This document shows positions 10,254 through 20,180 of a stretch of DNA of 64,000 nt, piece after piece. A model generated the notes under the pieces. The model worked only from the letters and a program-made list of their open reading frames with translations, ran no database searches and was not told the DNA's origin. This stretch comes from Pseudomonadota bacterium (GTDB lineage Archaea; Thermoplasmatota; SW-10-69-26; JACQPN01; JAJPHT01): assembly GCA_021325135.1 (NCBI GenBank), contig JAJPHT010000013.1:32001-96000 (forward strand), given 5' to 3'. The stretch's first letter is position 1. The number at the start of each line of letters is the position of its first letter. The translations under genes and the position numbers were made by a program.

Positions 10254-10925
10254 ATGGCCCTGAAGGACGTGAAGCCCACCCGCTCGCAGCTCATCGAGCT
10301 GAAGAAGCGCATCGTGCTCTCCAAGAAGGGCTACAAGCTCCTCAAGATGAAGCGCGACGGCCTCATCATGGAGTTCTTCAAGATGCTGGAGGACGCGAAG
10401 AAGATCCGCGCCTCGGTGGGCGAGAACTACGCCAAGGGCCAGCAGGCCGTCCACATCGCGGAGGCCGTCGAGGGCGCGCTCCCCATCAAGTCGGCCGCGC
10501 AGGCGGTCGTCAAGAGCCCGACCATCACCTCGTCCAAGAAGAACGTCATGGGCGTCGTCGTGCCCTCCATCCAGGGCCAGCAGATCCGCACGCCGCTCCT
10601 GGAGCGCGGCTACGGCCTCATCGGCACGAGCCCCCGCATCGACGAGGCCGCGAACCGCTACGAGGCGCTCGTGGAGACCATCGTCAAGGCCGCCGAGATC
10701 GAGACCTCCATGAAGAAGATGCTCGACGAGATCGAGAAGACCAAGCGCCGCGTCAACGCGCTGGAGTTCAAGGTCATCCCCGAGCTGGAGCAGGCGCGCG
10801 ACTTCATCCGCCTGCGCCTGGAGGAGATGGAGCGCGAGAACGTGTTCCGCCTCAAGAAGATCAAGGGCAAGGCCGAGGCGGCCGAGGCGGAAGCCCAGGC
10901 CGCGAAGGGCGCCGCGGCCGTCTGA
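10254..10925 (+). CDS. atpD: A/V-type ATP synthase subunit D
   Basis: KPTRSQLIELKKRI..GYKLLKMKRDGL, NVMGV, EIEKTKRRVNALE..IP..LEEMERE. Confidence 0.95.
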   Translation: MALKDVKPTRSQLIELKKRIVLSKKGYKLLKMKRDGLIMEFFKMLEDAKKIRASVGENYAKGQQAVHIAEAVEGALPIKSAAQAVVKSPTITSSKKNVMGVVVPSIQGQQIRTPLLERGYGLIGTSPRIDEAANRYEALVETIVKAAEIETSMKKMLDEIEKTKRRVNALEFKVIPELEQARDFIRLRLEEMERENVFRLKKIKGKAEAAEAEAQAAKGAAAV

Positions 10926-10989
10926 GCCCCCTGGGCTGCTAGTAAAATTCAAGCCGCCGATCCCCGTCGACCCGTGGGGAGTCCGGTTC

Positions 10990-12237
10990 TTGAGGGCGCT
11001 TGCGGGTTTCGCGCTGGCCGTCCTGCCCCTTGTCCTCGCCGCCACGGCGCAAGCCGCCGCGCCTTCGTGCCAGGCCGAGGCGCCCGACTCGACGCTCCTC
11101 CTCTTCCGCGGCGACGCGCGCCTCTTCCTGGCCGAGTGCTCCGACGCGGAGGGCGACCTGGCCTCGGTGACGTGGTCCACGACGCTCGCTTCGGACCCGG
11201 GCGCCACGCAGCCCGCCGCCAACGCCTCGGACGCCGGGGTCTCGCGCCTCGTCGCGTTCGACGAGACGGGGAACCACACCGTCCGCGTGGAGGCGACCGA
11301 CAGGACCGGCGCCGCGAGCGCGCCCGCCGAGTGGGCCGTCGCCGTGAAGGAGCCCGCGGCCCCGGGCGTGGGCGGCGCCGCGCCCGCGTGCAGCGCGGCC
11401 GACGCGACCGACCCGACCGCCGCGCCTCTGGCCCCCGACGCCGAGGCCACGCTGCGCGTCTTGTGCCAGGACGCGGACAACGACCTCTTCCGCCTGGAGT
11501 GGCGCGTCGACCGCGGCCGGGCCCCCGAGTCCGTCTCGGACGTGGACCCGCGCGGCGTCCTGGAGACGGAGCGCCGCGTCTCGTTCCACGACAACGGCTC
11601 GTACCTCGTGGAGGCCATCGCCGTGGACCTCCAGGGGCACCGCAGCGAGCCCGTGGGCTGGACGCTGCGCGTCGGCGCCGCGGACGCGGCCGCCTCGCCC
11701 TCCCCGGCGCAGGGGGGCGTCGACTGGACCTCCGTGTTCACCGTGGTCGCGGCCGGCATCACCATCGTCGGGGGCGCCATAGTGGGCATCGTCAAGCTCT
11801 GGAGGAAGAAGGACGACGAAGGCGCCGACGAGCCGCGCGAGGTCCCCGTGCAGGGCGCGCAGATGACGATGCAGCAGCGCGTCGGGACCAACACGGGCAC
11901 CATCGTCACGGGGCACACGGTCTACGTCGGCGCGCCCGCGCCGCGCCCCGAAGGCGGCGTTCCACCCGAGGTCCACCCGCGCCTGAAGGCCCTCTACCAG
12001 GCGCTGGACGACGCGCAGGAGCCCCTGGACGCGCACGACGCGGGGCGCGAGACGCGCGAGGCGCGGGAGATCCTGCGCAACGTGCTCCAGGACCTCGCGC
12101 GCGGCGAGCGGCCCCGCGCGGAGCTTCGCGACGTGGCCGCCAACGCCATCGAGGCCGCGCTGGCCCACGAGACGTCGCCCAAGGTCCGCGCGGGGGAGGC
12201 GGCGCTCCGCCTCGCCGTGGCGCGGCTGCGCGAGTGA
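10990..12237 (+). CDS. Bitopic membrane protein with two extracellular Ig/PKD-like repeats and a cytoplasmic helical domain
   Basis: Signal peptide; two C..D.D.DL...W repeats; TM followed by WRKK. Confidence 0.65.
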   Translation: MRALAGFALAVLPLVLAATAQAAAPSCQAEAPDSTLLLFRGDARLFLAECSDAEGDLASVTWSTTLASDPGATQPAANASDAGVSRLVAFDETGNHTVRVEATDRTGAASAPAEWAVAVKEPAAPGVGGAAPACSAADATDPTAAPLAPDAEATLRVLCQDADNDLFRLEWRVDRGRAPESVSDVDPRGVLETERRVSFHDNGSYLVEAIAVDLQGHRSEPVGWTLRVGAADAAASPSPAQGGVDWTSVFTVVAAGITIVGGAIVGIVKLWRKKDDEGADEPREVPVQGAQMTMQQRVGTNTGTIVTGHTVYVGAPAPRPEGGVPPEVHPRLKALYQALDDAQEPLDAHDAGRETREAREILRNVLQDLARGERPRAELRDVAANAIEAALAHETSPKVRAGEAALRLAVARLRE

Positions 12238-12240
12238 GCC

Positions 12241-12642
12241 TCAGGGTCCGCTGAACCACGCGCGGACCTCGGGGCGCAGGAGATACCACACGAGGATCGC
12301 GACGACGAGCACGCCCGCGACGCCGCCCGCGTCGCGCCGCGCCACCCGCGCGATGTCGCCCGCCGCGCTCACGGCCACGAGGAAGAGGGCCGCGACCCAC
12401 GCCCACGGCCGCTTGCGCAGCAGGCCCCAGCCCGTCGCGGCCAGCAGCGCGGCGAACGCCAGGAGGGCCGCGCCCAGGAGCGGGCCCGCCGGAAGGAAGG
12501 GCACCGGCAGCGCGGGGGCGATGGCCTGCGAGGCGCCCGAGACGGCCAGGGCGACCACCCCCAAGAGACCGAACGCCAGCGCCACCACGAAGCCCAGGTA
12601 GGCCAGGATGGTCACCCCCATGGGGGCCTTGGGGCCGCGCAT
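12241..12642 (-). CDS. Four-TM membrane protein
   Basis: P.GVTILA start, GWGLL..RPWAW, WYLLRPEVRAWF end. Confidence 0.7.
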   Translation of the reverse strand: MRGPKAPMGVTILAYLGFVVALAFGLLGVVALAVSGASQAIAPALPVPFLPAGPLLGAALLAFAALLAATGWGLLRKRPWAWVAALFLVAVSAAGDIARVARRDAGGVAGVLVVAILVWYLLRPEVRAWFSGP

Positions 12643-12727
12643 CGACGGACGACCCCCCGCCCGGCCGTCAACCTGTCGAAGAGGTTGCAGGAAAGGTTGA
12701 TTTCCCCTCCCTCATCCTGCGGTCGCG

Positions 12728-13309
12728 TTGCCGATGGACGCCCCCCGCTCTCCCCCCCGGTGGCCCATGGCGATGCTGGGCCTCTTCGCCCTGGTCGCCG
12801 TCGTGAGCCTCGTCCAGGGGATGGTCGACGTCGTCATCCCCACCATCCACCAGGAGCCCCCCTTCCAGCTCCTCTTCCGCGAGAGCGAGCGGTATGGGCC
12901 CCTCTTCTTCGGCGCCTACATCTTCGTCCACAACATGGGCCTCGCCACGCTGGTGCCGGGCTTCGGCTTCGTCGCCGCGCGCCTGGAGAAGAAGCCGAAG
13001 AACCGCACGTGGATCGCCATCCTCCTCGTGGGCGCGGTGATCGCGGCCCTCGCAGTGGCGGCGCTCTACATCGCGCGCACGCCGGACCGCTTCAGGCTCG
13101 CCGTCTCCATCCCCCTCTTCCTGGGCGAGTCGGTGAGCGTCTTGGCCCTGGGCGTCACCGCCGCGCTGGAGCTTCGCGGCTTCGTCCCCACGCGCAAGCT
13201 GGGCTGGAGCCTCGTCAAGCCCTTCCGCACCCTGGCCCTCCCGGCCCTCGTGAGCGCCGCCCTCCTCGTGGTCCTGGCCGTCGTGGAGACGCGGGCCGTC
13301 ATGGGATAG
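12728..13309 (+). CDS. Membrane protein, SpoIIM/DUF95-like
   Basis: IFVHN motif, multiple TMs, terminal LAVVET. Confidence 0.55.
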   Translation: MPMDAPRSPPRWPMAMLGLFALVAVVSLVQGMVDVVIPTIHQEPPFQLLFRESERYGPLFFGAYIFVHNMGLATLVPGFGFVAARLEKKPKNRTWIAILLVGAVIAALAVAALYIARTPDRFRLAVSIPLFLGESVSVLALGVTAALELRGFVPTRKLGWSLVKPFRTLALPALVSAALLVVLAVVETRAVMG

Positions 13310-13395
13310 GCTCCGACGGGTCCGAAGGGGCCGTTCACCTTCGCCGGTTGGAACGGAGATGCTTTTGTCCCATGACGATCCATGGTGATTGAACC

Positions 13396-14343
13396 ATGAC
13401 GGAATGGACCGCCTGGCAAGACACCAAGGCGCTGACCTTCCTGCACGCCCGCGTGCGCCACCTGCTGGCCAGGCAGGGGGTCGAGGACGGCCACGTGGAG
13501 CATCGCGGCTCCCCCGTCCACTACTACGCCGCCGGTCCCCGGGAGGCTGCCCGCACCGTCGTCCTCCTCCACGGCCTGGGGGACTCCGCCAACTCCTGGT
13601 TCCGCACCCTCCCCCTTCTCGCCTGGCGCGGCGACCGCGTCGTGGCCATCGACCTCGCAGGGCACGGCTACACGCCCGCCCCCGACGAGCGCGGCTACCT
13701 CTCCATCCGCGAGAACGCGGACCTCGTGCGCCACGTCGTCAAGGAGACGCGCGCCGGGGACGACCTCGCCCTGGTGGGCCACAGCCTGGGCGGCTGGGTC
13801 GCGACGCGCGCGCACCTCTCGGGCCTCGACGCCTCGCGCCTCGTCCTCGTGGAGGCCGCGGGCCTCTTGCACGAAGGCATGTGGGACATGATCGAGATGC
13901 TGCGCATCGAGAAGGAGGAGGACGTGCGCCGCTTCTTCAAGACGGTCACGCACCGCACGCCCTTCGCCCTGGGCATCCTCTCGCGCGAGGTCGCGGGCAT
14001 GTTCCGCAGCCCCGCCGTCGTGAACTTCATCGGCGCCGACAACCGCGACGACGTGATCTTCGACGAGGAGCTCGCCAACGTCCGCGCGAAGACCACCATC
14101 CTCTGGGGCGAGAACGACGGCCTCATCCCGCCCATCATGGCGCACCGCTGGCGCGCCGGCATCCCCGACTCCACGCTGCGCTGGATCCCCCGCTGCGGCC
14201 ACGCGCCCGCCTTCGAGCGCCCCGTCCTCTTCGAGAGGCTCCTGGAGGAGGCCTTGGGCCACCCGCCCCTGAGCGACGCCGTGCGCGCCCGCGTCGCGGC
14301 GCACTTCCCCGACTGGATCGGGCGGCGCATCGCCAAGGCGTGA
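13396..14343 (+). CDS. Alpha/beta hydrolase
   Basis: LLHGLG, GHSLGG nucleophile, WGEND, CGH; GGTGA RBS. Confidence 0.9.
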   Translation: MTEWTAWQDTKALTFLHARVRHLLARQGVEDGHVEHRGSPVHYYAAGPREAARTVVLLHGLGDSANSWFRTLPLLAWRGDRVVAIDLAGHGYTPAPDERGYLSIRENADLVRHVVKETRAGDDLALVGHSLGGWVATRAHLSGLDASRLVLVEAAGLLHEGMWDMIEMLRIEKEEDVRRFFKTVTHRTPFALGILSREVAGMFRSPAVVNFIGADNRDDVIFDEELANVRAKTTILWGENDGLIPPIMAHRWRAGIPDSTLRWIPRCGHAPAFERPVLFERLLEEALGHPPLSDAVRARVAAHFPDWIGRRIAKA

Positions 14344-14394
14344 CCCCCTGAAGGGTTCAAGACCCCCAGCACCCGTCGCCGCTGCGATCCCCCG

Positions 14395-15777
14395 ATGTCC
14401 CTGACGCTGTCGCGCCGCGTCCTCGCGCACCTCGCCGCCCACCCCGTGGAGGAGGGCGCCGCCAGCGTGCCCCGCGAGATCACCCAGGAGGGCATCGCCG
14501 AGGCGCTGGACGCGCAGGTCGCGCACGTCTCCCGCGCGCTGAAGTCCCTCGTGGGGGAAGGGCTCGTCCACGCCTACCTCGCGCACCCCAAGGGGGGCAA
14601 GCGCCGCAGCCGCGCGCACGTGCTCACCGACTCGGGCCGCAAGGTCGCCGCCACGCTGCCCCGCGAGCCGCGCGCCACCGTGACGCGCGCCGCGCCCGCG
14701 GCGCCCCCCGCGCCCGCCCGCGTGCCCGCGGGCCGCGAGCGCGCCTTCGCCGATCTCGTCGCGCTCTACGACTCGTCCCTCAAGGAGGGCCCGCGCATCG
14801 CGCTCCTGGAAGGGGGCGCCGGCACGGGGAAGACGCGCCTCCTGGCCGCCTTCGGCGCGGAGGTCGCCAAGCGCGGCGCGCGCGTCCTCTCGGGCGCGTC
14901 GGTCCCCGTGGGCGGCGAGCAGTGGCTGGGCCCCCTCGCGCAGGCCCTCGCCCCCCTGGGCCTCGAAGCGCGGCAGCGCGCCCGCGCCGCCGGCACGCCG
15001 CGCGAGCGCGCGCTGGAGGCCGCGCGCGACACGATCCTCGCCGGCTCCGCCGCCGCGCCCCTGGTCGTCGTGCTGGACGACGTGCACCACGCGGGCCCCA
15101 GCGCGGTCGAGTTCCTCCACGGCCTCTTCCTCGCGCTCCCGCAGGGCACGCGCGTCCTCGTCGTCGCCGCGTTCCGCCGCGAGGAGGCGTGGGAGCTCCC
15201 CAACGGCCCGCTCTACACCGCGCTCATGCCGCTGCGCGACCTGCCCCGCGCGAAGCTCGTGACGCTCCCGCCCCTGGACCGCGCCGGCGTCGCGGCGCTC
15301 CTCGCCGACGCGGGCGTCCACGTCCTGGGCGACACGAAGCTGCCCGACGACCTCGTCGAGCGCGTCTGGCGCGAGAGCGGCGGCAACACGCACTACGCGC
15401 TGGCCATGGGCGCGGAGCTGGCCGACGGCGTCGACGAGGAGGACTTCTTCCCCGCCAGCGTGCGCAACGCCGCGCGCGAGCGCTTCGCCTCGCTCTCCCC
15501 CGACCAGCTCGCAGTGCTCCAGCTCGCGGCCGTCGCGGGCGCCGAATTCTCCTACGCCGTGCTGGCCCGCGCCTACGACGGCCCCGAGGAGCGCCTCGTT
15601 GAGGTGCTCGACCACCTGCTGGACAAGCTCCTCCTGGAGGAGGCCGCGGGCGAGCCCGGACGCGACCTCGTCCTGCGCTTCGAGCACCCCAAGGTGCGCG
15701 AGACGGTCCTGGCCGACCTGACCGCGACGCGGCGCCGATGGCTCGAAGGGCGCGTCGCGGCGGGGCACGCGGGCTGA
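14395..15777 (+). CDS. wHTH + STAND-type (AAA_16-like) ATPase regulator
   Basis: TQEGIAEAL..HVSRALKSL HTH; GRE, GGAGTGKT, VVVLDDVH, SGGN, FEHP. Confidence 0.8.
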   Translation: MSLTLSRRVLAHLAAHPVEEGAASVPREITQEGIAEALDAQVAHVSRALKSLVGEGLVHAYLAHPKGGKRRSRAHVLTDSGRKVAATLPREPRATVTRAAPAAPPAPARVPAGRERAFADLVALYDSSLKEGPRIALLEGGAGTGKTRLLAAFGAEVAKRGARVLSGASVPVGGEQWLGPLAQALAPLGLEARQRARAAGTPRERALEAARDTILAGSAAAPLVVVLDDVHHAGPSAVEFLHGLFLALPQGTRVLVVAAFRREEAWELPNGPLYTALMPLRDLPRAKLVTLPPLDRAGVAALLADAGVHVLGDTKLPDDLVERVWRESGGNTHYALAMGAELADGVDEEDFFPASVRNAARERFASLSPDQLAVLQLAAVAGAEFSYAVLARAYDGPEERLVEVLDHLLDKLLLEEAAGEPGRDLVLRFEHPKVRETVLADLTATRRRWLEGRVAAGHAG

Positions 15778-15893
15778 TGGGGTTTCGGGAGGGCTCTGCG
15801 AGCCCGCCGCCGCAACAACCACCCTGGATTTGTCCTCCCGAACTGTTATAGCGAAGCTCTTCTTTGTAACTTCGAGGATGTTATCCTCGGGTC

Positions 15894-16736
15894 ATGACCA
15901 TGAGGTGGACACGACCAGCGGCATGCCTTGTCACGCTTCTGCTTGTCTCGCTCCCGCTGACGACGGCGGCATTCCCGCACAACCTCCCGCCGGGCTGTGA
16001 AGAGGCCATTCGCTCGGCGCATGAGAGAATCGCCTCCGAGAAGAACACAATCTCACTTGCGGACGCCGTCACGCTTGTCCAAGCCTCTGGCTCGATTTGC
16101 GGGTTCGATCTCACCGGAGCCCAGCCCACGACGACGGATGCCTTTGCGCTCTGGGCTCTGCTGGACAGCCTCAACGGCGGATATCAGGACGGCGCGATCC
16201 CCTCGCCGAATCTCCCACACGCAGGCGGAATGGGACGCCTGCCCGGCGGTTTGGGCGTTCCGTCTCTGGAGTCTGCGGAAACAACCCCTTGCGGCCTGCC
16301 AGGAAGCGGCCCGGGGACGCTTGACGCCAAGGTCCTGGGGATCGACCTCGGCTCACAGGGCGCTGCCGGGACGTGGAAGACGACGACCGACAAGACCAAG
16401 GAGGTCAGCGGATCGGGAGGGGATTTCAGCGGCGTCGAGGCCGACGGCACCGGCACGGCCACGCTGGCGATCGTTCCCCTCCCCACCACAGGGAACACGA
16501 ACATCTGGTGCACGAACGTGACCGTGACGGAAACCGTGGGGGAGAAGTGCAGGTTCGTTTTCAACCCCGTCCCTCCTGATTTCAGCATGGGGGAGGAATG
16601 CGACGTGATTACAAGGACGGACGCCCACCTGGAACCGCTGGGAGCGGACGCGCACCAAGAGAGCATCCTGAAGCTCGTGACGCTGGACCACGAGTACACC
16701 TACCAGGCGCCCCCGTCCAGCGTCAACGACGCCTGA
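15894..16736 (+). CDS. Secreted hypothetical protein (lower-GC islet)
   Basis: Signal peptide; atypical codon usage. Confidence 0.6.
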   Translation: MTMRWTRPAACLVTLLLVSLPLTTAAFPHNLPPGCEEAIRSAHERIASEKNTISLADAVTLVQASGSICGFDLTGAQPTTTDAFALWALLDSLNGGYQDGAIPSPNLPHAGGMGRLPGGLGVPSLESAETTPCGLPGSGPGTLDAKVLGIDLGSQGAAGTWKTTTDKTKEVSGSGGDFSGVEADGTGTATLAIVPLPTTGNTNIWCTNVTVTETVGEKCRFVFNPVPPDFSMGEECDVITRTDAHLEPLGADAHQESILKLVTLDHEYTYQAPPSSVNDA

Positions 16737-16786
16737 AGAAGACAGGTGCCGGAAACTTCAATAATCCCCCGAAGAGGTGACGCGCG

Positions 16787-17707
16787 ATGAAGAGGGAAGC
16801 GGCGGCCCTCCTCCTTGTGGCCGCCCTGCTTACGGGCTGCGTCGAGCAGAACCCCCCCTCAAGCCAGAGGACAGTCTCTTCGGGGAACGTCGTCTTCTCA
16901 GTCCCTTTTGACTTTCAGCCCACGACCTCCAGCGGGTATGCGGTCTTCTCCATCGAGTCGACCCAAAACGCGAGCTTCTTCCTCGAGCATCGGTACGAGT
17001 GGGACACGAACAGGGATGATCCGCTCGAGATCATCTCCGTTGATGCGGACGGCAAGGTCACGAGCCCTGGCACCCTGAGAACCGAATACGCGGATGCTGG
17101 CATGGATTGGGACAACGCCAGTTCAACCCCCATCGAGATCAATGCTGGGCCCGTGGACCAGCACCGCGGTGGCGCCTCAGGCGGCATCGTGCAAGCAAAC
17201 GGCGCGGATTTTACGTATTCTTCCACAAAAAGCAGGCTGTTGCTTGTCATGTGGGCAAACGTCGCCAAGCCCCCCATGATCAGCACAATGTGGCTGGAGG
17301 GGACACGCGTTACAACCGTGGCTGTGGGCGATAGCGTTGTTTCCACGTCTCTGGAAAACATGTCAAGAGGCACGGTTGGCGTCACAAGCCCGCTCGTCAA
17401 TGAGGCGTCTGAGCGGGGGATTTCATTTGGCGCCCCCAACGCTCCGCAATTTGTCGTCGTCAAGGTTCACCGAACCTACGGAGTTGGGACCGCGCTCCTC
17501 TCGGACGGAAAGGTTGCACGTCAATTTGACGTTGGCCGGACCACGGGCGCCGGGGCAACGCGATATTCCATGACCACAGAAGGGACGACAAGCGTGACTC
17601 TCAATGCGACCGGGTTGGACGCCCTCCGGGTGCATGTCATGGCAATGCCCACGGCCGGCGTCAGCCTCCCGCCACACCTGTTTGCGGCCGTCGATGAAGA
17701 CGCATAG
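16787..17707 (+). CDS. Hypothetical lipoprotein (lower-GC islet)
   Basis: LLTGC lipobox; GAGGTGA RBS; atypical codons. Confidence 0.65.
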   Translation: MKREAAALLLVAALLTGCVEQNPPSSQRTVSSGNVVFSVPFDFQPTTSSGYAVFSIESTQNASFFLEHRYEWDTNRDDPLEIISVDADGKVTSPGTLRTEYADAGMDWDNASSTPIEINAGPVDQHRGGASGGIVQANGADFTYSSTKSRLLLVMWANVAKPPMISTMWLEGTRVTTVAVGDSVVSTSLENMSRGTVGVTSPLVNEASERGISFGAPNAPQFVVVKVHRTYGVGTALLSDGKVARQFDVGRTTGAGATRYSMTTEGTTSVTLNATGLDALRVHVMAMPTAGVSLPPHLFAAVDEDA

Positions 17708-17793
17708 ACGACGCAGACTGGAGAAGCGATCGCACCCTTTCATCCCCAGCTTCCCTCCTCTCACGTCCGGGGCGGACGGCAGACGGCTTATGG

Positions 17794-18603
17794 GTGAATG
17801 CGGGAAAGGGCCAAGAGGGGCCCCCTTCTTCCGCCCTTGTGGCCCCGCGCCGCTGGCTCCTCCTGAGCCTCGCCATCCTCTCCCTCGTCCTCCTCGTCAT
17901 CGGGGGCGTCGTCCTCGCCTACTCCGTGCCCGTCACGGACGCCATGGCGCAGGGCGCGCGCCTGCCCGGCGACGCGGAGCCCACCCCGGGCGAGCGGGCC
18001 GTGGCGCTGCCCATCCAGGACCCCGCGCACGTCGCCAACCTCACGAGCGGCGGCGGGGATCCCATCACGGGCCGCGCGGGCGCGCTCCTCGTGGTGGCCG
18101 ACCCGGGCTTCAGCTTCCCCGCGGGCGCGGGCAACGTGACCGTCGTGCGCGCGCTGGCCTACGTCCAGCCGGGGGCCAACGGCAGCTACGCGCAGGACAG
18201 CCTGGCGCTGGGCAACCTCACGCGCGTCGAGAACGGCACGCTCGTCACGTACAACGCCACGGTGGAGGTCAACGCCCTCGCGCTGGGGAAGACGGGCTTC
18301 CTCGTGAAGGCCGACGCCGACTCCACGATCCGCTTCGTGGACGACTCGCGCGTCGTGGGCCAGCTCCAGGGGTACGTCGACTCGACGTCCGCGTACTGGT
18401 TCCTCATCGCGGGCGCCCTGGGCTTCGTGCTGCCCCTGACCTACCTCATCCTCACGCACCGCGGCGCGGGCAAGCGCGGCCTCCCCGGCGGCCTGCCCGG
18501 CGTCACCGGCGTCTGCCCCGAGTGCCGCTCGCCGGTGCCCGCGGGGGCGGAGTTCTGCACGCGCTGCGGCGCCTGGATCACCCACAAGGAGGGAAACCCG
18601 TGA
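17794..18603 (+). CDS. Two-TM protein with C-terminal zinc ribbon
   Basis: CPECRSPVP..EFCTRCG. Confidence 0.75.
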   Translation: MNAGKGQEGPPSSALVAPRRWLLLSLAILSLVLLVIGGVVLAYSVPVTDAMAQGARLPGDAEPTPGERAVALPIQDPAHVANLTSGGGDPITGRAGALLVVADPGFSFPAGAGNVTVVRALAYVQPGANGSYAQDSLALGNLTRVENGTLVTYNATVEVNALALGKTGFLVKADADSTIRFVDDSRVVGQLQGYVDSTSAYWFLIAGALGFVLPLTYLILTHRGAGKRGLPGGLPGVTGVCPECRSPVPAGAEFCTRCGAWITHKEGNP

Positions 18604-18764
18604 GCCACGAGGTCACCTGCGCGGTGTGCGGCACCGCGTTCGAGGAGGAGGGCGCGGTCGAGCTTGGCGCGCTGCGCGTCGCGAGGAAGGGGCGCATCTT
18701 CTGGTTCTGCTCGCCCCCGTGCGAGAAGGAGTTCCAGCGCGACCCCGAGGCCTACGGCGGCTGA
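18600..18764 (+). CDS. YHS/TRASH-domain protein
   Basis: CAVCG...FWFCSPPCEKEFQRDPEAY; GTGA overlap. Confidence 0.8.
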   Translation: MSHEVTCAVCGTAFEEEGAVELGALRVARKGRIFWFCSPPCEKEFQRDPEAYGG

Positions 18765-18815
18765 GTTCAACGATCGGACCGCGCTGAAGATGACCCCCGC
18801 GGCCGAGCCCGCCGC

Positions 18816-20180
18816 ATGAAGGGCCTCCTCGTCGTCCTTGCGCTCCTCGTCGCCGGCTGCGCCGCGCCCGCCGCGGTGAAACCCGCGAGCTTGCAGGGCG
18901 CATCCGCGCCGGACTTCGCGATCCTCCCCGTGGGGCGCGACGGCGGCGAGCCCTCCCTGGGTGTCGCGGCGGACGGGACCCTCTTCCTCACCGGCCCGCT
19001 CGTGCTCGCGCCGCAGCAGGCCGTCGCGGAGAAGGGGATGGTGATCCCGACGCTGCGCTCCACGGACGGCGGCCGCTCGTGGCAGCCGGTGGGCGACGCG
19101 GCGCGCGACCCCAAGCTGGACGAGGACCCCTGGCTCTGGCTCGACCCGAGGACGGACCGCGTCTACCACGCGCCCCTGGATCTCGCCTGCTCGTGGGCGG
19201 AGTGGAGCGACGACCACGGCGCGACGTGGGACTTCAACCCCGCCGTCGCGTGCCTCCCGCCGGGGCACGACCACCCGAAGCTCACCACCGGGCCGCCCGC
19301 GCCCGGCGTCGCGACGCAGGGCTATCCCGACGTCGTCTACTACGCGTACAACTCGCTCCTCGTGCCCGACGGGGGCCTGCCCCTGCCGGTGGCGACGCGG
19401 CTGGGCACGCTCGTCTCCGTCTCGCTGGACGGCGGAAAGAGCTTCCAGCCACCCGTCGTCGCACACGCCTCCGACTGCCACCGCGGCATCGTCGGGCCCA
19501 TCGCGGTGGCGCCCGACGGCACGGCGTACCTGCCCAAGGGGACGTGCGACGGGCTTGATATCATCGTCTCGCGCGACTCGGGGAAGACCTGGGCCGTCGC
19601 AGCCTCGCTGGACTCGGAGGGCGCGCTGGACGACTTCGCGTTCGATCCTGGCGTCGCGGTGGACGACGCCGGGAACGCCTACGCGGTCTGGCCCGGCAGG
19701 GACGCGCTGCTCCACCTCTCGCGCAGCGCGGACGACGGCCGCTCGTGGAGCGCGCCCGTGACGATCACGCCGCCAGGCGTCACCGCCACCGTCTACAGCA
19801 GCGTCGTCGCGGGCGCCGCGGGCAAGCTCGCCGTCGCCTACGCCTCCACGACGAGCGACCCTTCGGGCTGGGCGCATCGCGCGTCCTCCTTCGCGGACGA
19901 GGGCACGGTCTGGGACCTCCACGTCGCGCTCCTTGACGGCGCGCGGCTCGTCCGGACGCTGGACGTGACGCCGCCGGGCGACCCGCTCCAGCGCGGATGC
20001 ATCTGGATGCGCGGCGGCCAGAGCGAGTGCCGGAACCTCCTGGACTTCGTGACGCTGACGCAGCGCGACGGCAAGCTCTACCTCGCGTACACGGACGGGT
20101 GCGACCGGTGCGCGGACGCGGCCTCCAGCCGGGACGCGCACCTGATAGTGGCGATCACGCGGGACGCGCCATTGCGGTAG
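18816..20180 (+). CDS. Asp-box (sialidase-like) beta-propeller lipoprotein
   Basis: LVAGC lipobox; repeated S.D.G.(T/S)W. Confidence 0.8.
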   Translation: MKGLLVVLALLVAGCAAPAAVKPASLQGASAPDFAILPVGRDGGEPSLGVAADGTLFLTGPLVLAPQQAVAEKGMVIPTLRSTDGGRSWQPVGDAARDPKLDEDPWLWLDPRTDRVYHAPLDLACSWAEWSDDHGATWDFNPAVACLPPGHDHPKLTTGPPAPGVATQGYPDVVYYAYNSLLVPDGGLPLPVATRLGTLVSVSLDGGKSFQPPVVAHASDCHRGIVGPIAVAPDGTAYLPKGTCDGLDIIVSRDSGKTWAVAASLDSEGALDDFAFDPGVAVDDAGNAYAVWPGRDALLHLSRSADDGRSWSAPVTITPPGVTATVYSSVVAGAAGKLAVAYASTTSDPSGWAHRASSFADEGTVWDLHVALLDGARLVRTLDVTPPGDPLQRGCIWMRGGQSECRNLLDFVTLTQRDGKLYLAYTDGCDRCADAASSRDAHLIVAITRDAPLR

